From assembly GCA_030704615.1 (NCBI GenBank), contig JAKLZA010000058.1:1-25000 (forward strand): 25,000 nt of DNA. Reading direction: 5' to 3'. The notes beneath the pieces were generated by a model. It worked only from the letters and a program-made list of their open reading frames with translations. It had not been told where the DNA came from and ran no database searches. Below are positions 19,501 through 25,000 of the stretch, piece after piece (positions within the stretch are counted from its first letter, which is position 1; each line of letters begins with the position of its first letter). This DNA is from Takakia lepidozioides. Lineage: Eukaryota > Plantae > Bryophyta. A program made the position numbers and the translations under genes.

Positions 19501-22500
19501 TTCGATTGATGAAGGGTGCGATCCAGTCAACAGACTCCACTATTGTGACCTCACGCTGCTTTCAATGGGCTTAGAAGGCTTCAAAGGGACCAACAAGTTG
19601 CTACCCTTTGAAAGACTAGTAGACAACTTTGAAGCTCAATACCAGCTGGTTGCAAACGACGGACCTGTTTTCACTTTTTTCACGAACAAAGATGCACCCA
19701 GGTACAAACTCACACGAGTTGATATCAACCATCCAGCTGACTGGGAAGATGTGATTCCAGAGTCCAAGACAGATGTGCTGTCATCGGCCCTTTGTGTGAA
19801 TCAGGATCAATTGTTGGTGTGCTACATGAGTGATGTGAAACATCTGCTCCAAGTGCATGATCTTCATACTGGTGCTCTGCTTCATGTTCTCCCATTGGAA
19901 ATTGGGTCAGTGTCTGAGGCATCAGGCAGACGAGAAGAATCAGAGATCTTTTTTAGCTTCACCAGCTTTTTGACTACGGGAACAATATACCGCTGCGATT
20001 TGAGCACTGCCAAGCCAGAGGTCAAGGTGCTGAGAAAGACTACTGTGAAAAACTTCGACAGTAATTTGTTCGAGACCCGCCAGGTACAAGCACTCGTCAC
20101 CTGGAGGTCTCTCAAGGAGTTTTGGGTCATATGCACAAGATTTGTCTGGTCAAGTGTGCTCACATGGTCTCTAGATACTGGAAGACTACATGTATGGATC
20201 GTTGTTATGGTTGTAGAGGTGGTGAAAACTGCAGAAGTTTGGATGTATGGAGGGAAGGTTTTAAGCAGTCATGGTTGAACATGTATATGTCTCAGATGTC
20301 TGTATAGTGATCCTATGTCTGAAGTTGTGCCCGTTATGGGGCTTTCCAGGTGTTTGTACCCAGTAAGGATGGGACCAAGATTCCGATGTTCATAGTGGCG
20401 CAAAAAGGTGTTGCTCATGATGGGAACCGCCCAGCATTACTGTATGGTTACGGGGGGTTCAACATTAGCATCATGCCATCTTTTAGCGTTTCTCGCTTGG
20501 TTCTGGCCCGCCATTTTGGGGCTGTCATTGCAATAGCAAACATCCGGGGTGGAGGAGAGTATGGAGAAGACTGGCACAAGGCTGGATCTCTCTCCAAAAA
20601 ACAAAACTGCTTTGATGATTTTGTATCATGTGGAGAGTACTTGATACATGAGGGATACACGCAGCCTAGCAAGTTGTGCATAGAAGGTGGCAGCAACGGG
20701 GGTTTACTTGTGGCAGCTTGCATCAACCAGGTACCTTGTTTTCAACTCATAACTAATTGCACTTGATTGCTTCGTCTCTTCTTTCCTTTCAAATGGCTTA
20801 CCTAAGTTTAAAGCTCATTGAGCAGAGAAGCCACTCGACCTACATTCCATAGCCTTAACTCTCTGTGCCTTCTCACTGAAGGTGGGCTCTTGCTTGTAAA
20901 CAGAGGCCAGATCTCTTTGGCTGTGCTTTGGCACATGTAGGCGTGATGGATATGCTACGCTTCCATAAATTTACAATTGGTAAGCAGCAAATTGTTTGTC
21001 TCAATTTCACAAACCAGCATTTCAATTCCTTGGAGGCTCTCATACTGTTCGTGATAAAATCTGAACCTGGTGTCGAATTATGAGGCATGGTATGTGCTGA
21101 CGGTATGGCATGTGCAGGGCATGCATGGACCTCAGATTATGGTTGTGCAGACAAGGAGGATGAGTTCCAATCGCTCCTCAAGTGAGTACTGCTTAGCCTA
21201 TCCTGCTCCAGCCTTGCCAATTGGTAATCACATGATAATCAAAGCATCAAAACAGGCACTTTCCATTCTTCCAGTCATCAACATGAGGGGAGCTGTTTGC
21301 TTCAGAACCAATCATCTGCTTCTAGGAGGTCAAACTGCATATCACAGGTCACATGGAAGATATGTCATAGGTGAGTACTTTTTAGAGTACCATGTACCAT
21401 GACAGAAGACTGTACATTTTCATAGAATCTATGATAGCTCCACCAAACCAGCCTCCCAGAGGTCCTGAGTCCTCATCTGAATCAAGGACCTCTCCATGTC
21501 ACTGTATCTATAGTCACTAGAAACATGAGAGATTAGCATTGCTGAACTGTGGAGTTTCTCATCACTGTGACAATGCATGCTATGGTGCATGGTTTTGTCT
21601 TGTCTATTTATATATCCATTGTGTTCTTTGCAGATACTCACCACTGCATAATGTGAGGAGGCCATGGGAGCAGATGCTGGGAGTGCAATACCCTGCCACC
21701 ATGCTGTTGACAGCTGACCATGATGATCGAGTGGTGCCCCTGCATTCTCTGAAACTTCTTGCGGTACGCTTGCTGTCCACTCACTTGGATTAGGGCTTTT
21801 TTAGCCATCCTGTTACATGAACATTTGCAATTGAGTGCTCTCCTTGTGTTCTATGTTTTGTGAAGCTCCAGATAACATAGACATCCCAATTTAGGGTATT
21901 GGATGACTCAACTAAGCTTCTAGAATGTCTGTTTGGGGTCTAATACAGCAAGCAACATTTGAAACCTCTTGAAACGGCAGATGCTAAAAATGTGCCCAGA
22001 CTTGACCCAAAATGCTGAGTAAACGTCATGCATCCCATGTCTACATGTGGGCAGAACACTTCATTTGCATGTGAAGGAACTTATGGATTGGGCTTTGATG
22101 TTGGATGGGGAGCAGACACTTCAGCATGAGCTCTGTACTAGTGTGGGAAATTGTCCACAGACAAATCCAATAATCGGACGCATTGATTAAACGATGTGAA
22201 CTTCTTCCTTAGGTGTCTCAATTGTGAGTCCTACCTTAAACGATGTGAACTTCTTCCTTAGGTGTCTCAATCTGCCCGAAGTAGACTTGCTTGTGGAGAA
22301 AGATTTCTCAAAGTCATTAAGTAGGTTGGCTTTTTGTACTATGGCCATGTTACAGTATGGAAATTTAATGAAGATACCAAATTTGATATGTCTGAGAGTT
22401 GAGTTCTGAAGAATATTGTTGATGTGGGTTGCAGATAGATGAACTGTCTGATGCATACGCATTTCTCGCAAAGATGACAAACACCACCTGGGTCGATTGA
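16592..22500 (+). CDS. POP: Prolyl oligopeptidase (S9A); as sequenced it is truncated at TAA 22188-22190 and lacks the catalytic His
   Basis: Exons 16592-16704, 17640-17859, 18105-18305, 18563-18633, 18983-19145, 19490-20083, 20350-20730, 20904-20979, 21118-21181, 21634-21763, 22116-22223 and 22435-22500, all GT-AG with matching phases. Motifs [25 protein letters not shown], catalytic Ser in GGSNGG, catalytic Asp in DHDDRV. The last exon [21 protein letters not shown] is intact. 695 codons precede the premature stop. Confidence 0.97.
22187..22271 (+). repeat. Perfect 36-bp direct repeat with a 13-nt spacer containing the splice donor
   Basis: TTAAACGATGTGAACTTCTTCCTTAGGTGTCTCAAT at 22187-22222 and 22236-22271; spacer T|GTGAGTCCTACC. 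Confidence 0.98.
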
Positions 22501-23831
22501 TAGAGGCTGCAATTTTTTTGCCCATTTACATTATGACAATACTGCAGTAGTTCTCTTCATTCAATACAACTCTTAAAAGTTGAGCTGACAGTAGATACAT
22601 ATATTATGTAACAATCATAATCATAGCTAACTTCAAAGCAGCTAGAAGTAGTGCACAGCTGCAAAATCTGCCAGATAACTTTTTTGGTCGGAGGGGAGGA
22701 TTGTTGGATCTTACCCTCTCAATGCATACACACTATTGAGCAGTGTCATGTATGGAAAAAATATACCTTGAAATGGCTGAGGACATATTTCTCTGGCATG
22801 ACCAGCCAACCTTCTACTCTGGCAGAGAGAGAAATACTCTCTTGGGAAAGAAAGTATGTATTTCCTCTTGATAGGTATGTGACTATCCCTTTACCATTTG
22901 AATGGTGGACATGCCATGTGAATGCAGACCAAATTTTGTAACTTGTTAACCTCAAATCTATTGTAACTCTCATCTCTGGCCTCCTCCATTGTGACACACT
23001 AAGGCCTCCACACTGTCGCAACCACAATTCACATCTAATTTTCTTTCCGTGCCTTCACCTTAAAATCTTCCAGTCAAGCTGTAAATCCTGGCAACAAAAG
23101 CTCTAAAGTAACCTTTTACTTGCCACCCCTGATGAAGAAGGTTTGTAAAAATTTCCAGGACTTTTCCCGATGTGGGTTTTATGCTGGTGAATTGATGCAT
23201 AGCCAGCCTCACATTAGTGATCCGGCATTGAATCTGCCTTAGTGGTCACTACAAATCCTGCGCCTTACATGAAAGCTAGGGAAAATTAGAAGCTGTCATC
23301 AAAATGTCTTTGACCATACAGGTGGATTTTTCTCACTTCTTCTAGTGAACAGCCATTCAGCACCGACAATTAGAGATTTTTGAACCGTACCATAGGTCGC
23401 AAGTGTGTGTGAAGCTTGTTGTGCACCTCCACTGTTACAGGGAGAGCAGCCTGGATCCGGGGTTTCAATTCAGAGTGGCTGGAGTCAGACAAAGGCGAGT
23501 AGACAAGAACGATGCTCGCTCTTCTGTGAAGAGGGTGAATAAAGCAGGAAGGTAAAGTGGCCCTAACTCTAAAGTGGTCCAGTGTGAATGCCCAAATGCC
23601 CTGGACATGCCGCCTCAGTCCGACCTTAAGGCTAAAGTTTCGGCCAATGTGAACAACCAGATATGTTAGGGCTAAGCAAAATCCAATGGCTTAAATCTGT
23701 TTCAAGTACCTCCACGCTATCAAGCATGTGCTGAGAGGCGTGCCTAAATTGGCTTGCAACAATGGACATTGGAGTGTGAAAATGGGAGTTAAACTAGCTA
23801 ATCTATGCACTGTAACTTGTCCATTTTCCTA

Positions 23832-24890
23832 TCAGGCAGCTGGAGGAGAAGCTTGAAATGCCTCCACCAGTGCCCGTGCACGCGTCTCTATTCCCCTCAC
23901 ATACTCCACCAAAATTCTCTGCTGATATGATCCACTTTCCTGTAGCACCCGTTCCCACAAACTCAGTCTGACAATTCTCACCACCAATGCATATTAGGGC
24001 TTATGATTATGGCCAGAAAGGTTCCAATGATGAAGAGCATTTGTTGACCACACAGCGGTTCCGTATGAACAACAATGATACTGAACAACAATGATACGAG
24101 CTTGTCCTCTCCTGTGTAACTAAGATGATTTGCAGTGGGGTACAAACATACAAAAAAGGGCATACAGACCAGGTGGCACCAAACTGAATCATGAACATCT
24201 TTGTGCAACACCAAAGAGGGAGGAAGATAAAAGTATTGTAAGAAGCCAAGGGGGAAAAGTTCCAGGAGGAGATTCTTACAGTTCGCATTAGTGTACGCTC
24301 AACTCTTCTATCAACAGCTGCAAATAGATCTTCTGGTTTCACTTGACCTCCACCATAAACCAGACCTGTCCTTAAGGAAGTCTCCCAGTCTCCCTCATCC
24401 GCTGTTGTAGACAGACACAGATTACTTCGGGAGCTAAACACAGTGAATACTTCTCCACATTTTCATGTGAACTCTACTGACTGTAAGCAGATAAACAAGA
24501 CTGTAAGAAGCAATGTATTGACGTCAGTCACCACACTGTTAGAGCAATGGCTAGTGAGACATTTCTTGCATCGCAAATGAAAGACACAGCTGGCTCCAAA
24601 GTGACATGATAAACAGTTGCATCACTGAGCGAAGAGAGATACCTGTGATGATCTTCTCTAGCAACTCTTCCGCTGTGTCCACACTACCATCTGAGCCAGT
24701 ACACCAAATTGAAATCAAGCAAATATTATTGAGCTCTATTACAAAGTTCAAAAGAGTCTTCAAAAAAATATTTGCATTGAGGCATACCCTTGACAGAGTA
24801 GCTTCGTTTGGAGAGAATTGAAGCTGCATAAAGTTGCAGCACTTTCTGAAGAATAGCCACTAGCCCTGGTTTGTCTGCATCATCATTTGC
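23832..24890 (-). CDS. PRDA1: 3' four exons of a PEP-RELATED DEVELOPMENT ARRESTED 1-like chloroplast nucleoid protein (5' part beyond the window)
   Basis: Exons 24890-24788, 24690-24643, 24401-24280 and 23939-23832, GT-AG and phase-consistent: ANDDADKPGLVAILQKVLQLYAASILSKRSYSVKDGSVDTAEELLEKIITADEGDWETSLRTGLVYGGGQVKPEDLFAAVDRRVERTLMRTESGSYQQRILVEYVRGIETRARALVEAFQASPPAA*. The gene structure is firm; the name rests on my recall of the KVLQLYA..LSKRSY and ERTL.RTE.GSYQQRIL motifs. Confidence 0.8.
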
Positions 24891-25000
24891 CTGGCCCCCA
24901 GTCAAAGATCAGACATCTCCCTCCGTCATTCCCCTGGCTGCCCTCTAGGTCTGTAGCAATTGAAACCGAAAGCACATCAGATCAGACCCTGCAGAAGGAG

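Noticed and set aside
22187-22271. 36-bp direct repeat as a CRISPR repeat
   Set aside because: Only two copies with a 13-nt spacer, in a spliced eukaryotic gene with no cas genes; better explained as a templated duplication.
13990-22500. Cyclic-peptide (RiPP) cluster with the oligopeptidase as a PCY1/POPB-like macrocyclase and a nearby precursor
   Set aside because: No short ORF with repeated core or follower motifs was found. The RASK/ELP repeats in ORF 14051 come from an 8-bp minisatellite that shifts frame. The enzyme looks like the housekeeping type and lacks its His.
23560-23672. Inverted 8-mer GCCCTAAC/GTTAGGGC in the POP-PRDA1 intergenic region
   Set aside because: Too short to distinguish from chance; no TSD or internal structure.

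Overview
Eukaryotic, land-plant nuclear DNA; a non-seed plant is my guess and is not established. Three spliced host genes can be reconstructed exon by exon. They are a 3-exon RPS30 (1932-3694, +), a prolyl oligopeptidase of family S9A (16592-22500, +, with a probable extra targeting exon at 15216-15362), and the last four exons of a PRDA1-like chloroplast protein (23832-24890, -, running off the window). Between them lies nested transposon debris: a hAT-like end inside a LINE fragment, a MITE-like element, and a decayed chromovirus-type Ty3/gypsy element (6938-13076) carrying two secondary insertions. Two decayed genes flank the gypsy element, a possible NTPase/nuclease and a kinase N-lobe. 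The most striking direct observation is in the oligopeptidase. It is intact for 695 codons, then the stretch that should encode the catalytic His motif (KAGHGAG) is replaced by an exact 36-nt copy of the neighbouring intron, creating a stop while sparing the splice donor. I did not find a clearly novel multi-gene system; the best leads are listed as findings.
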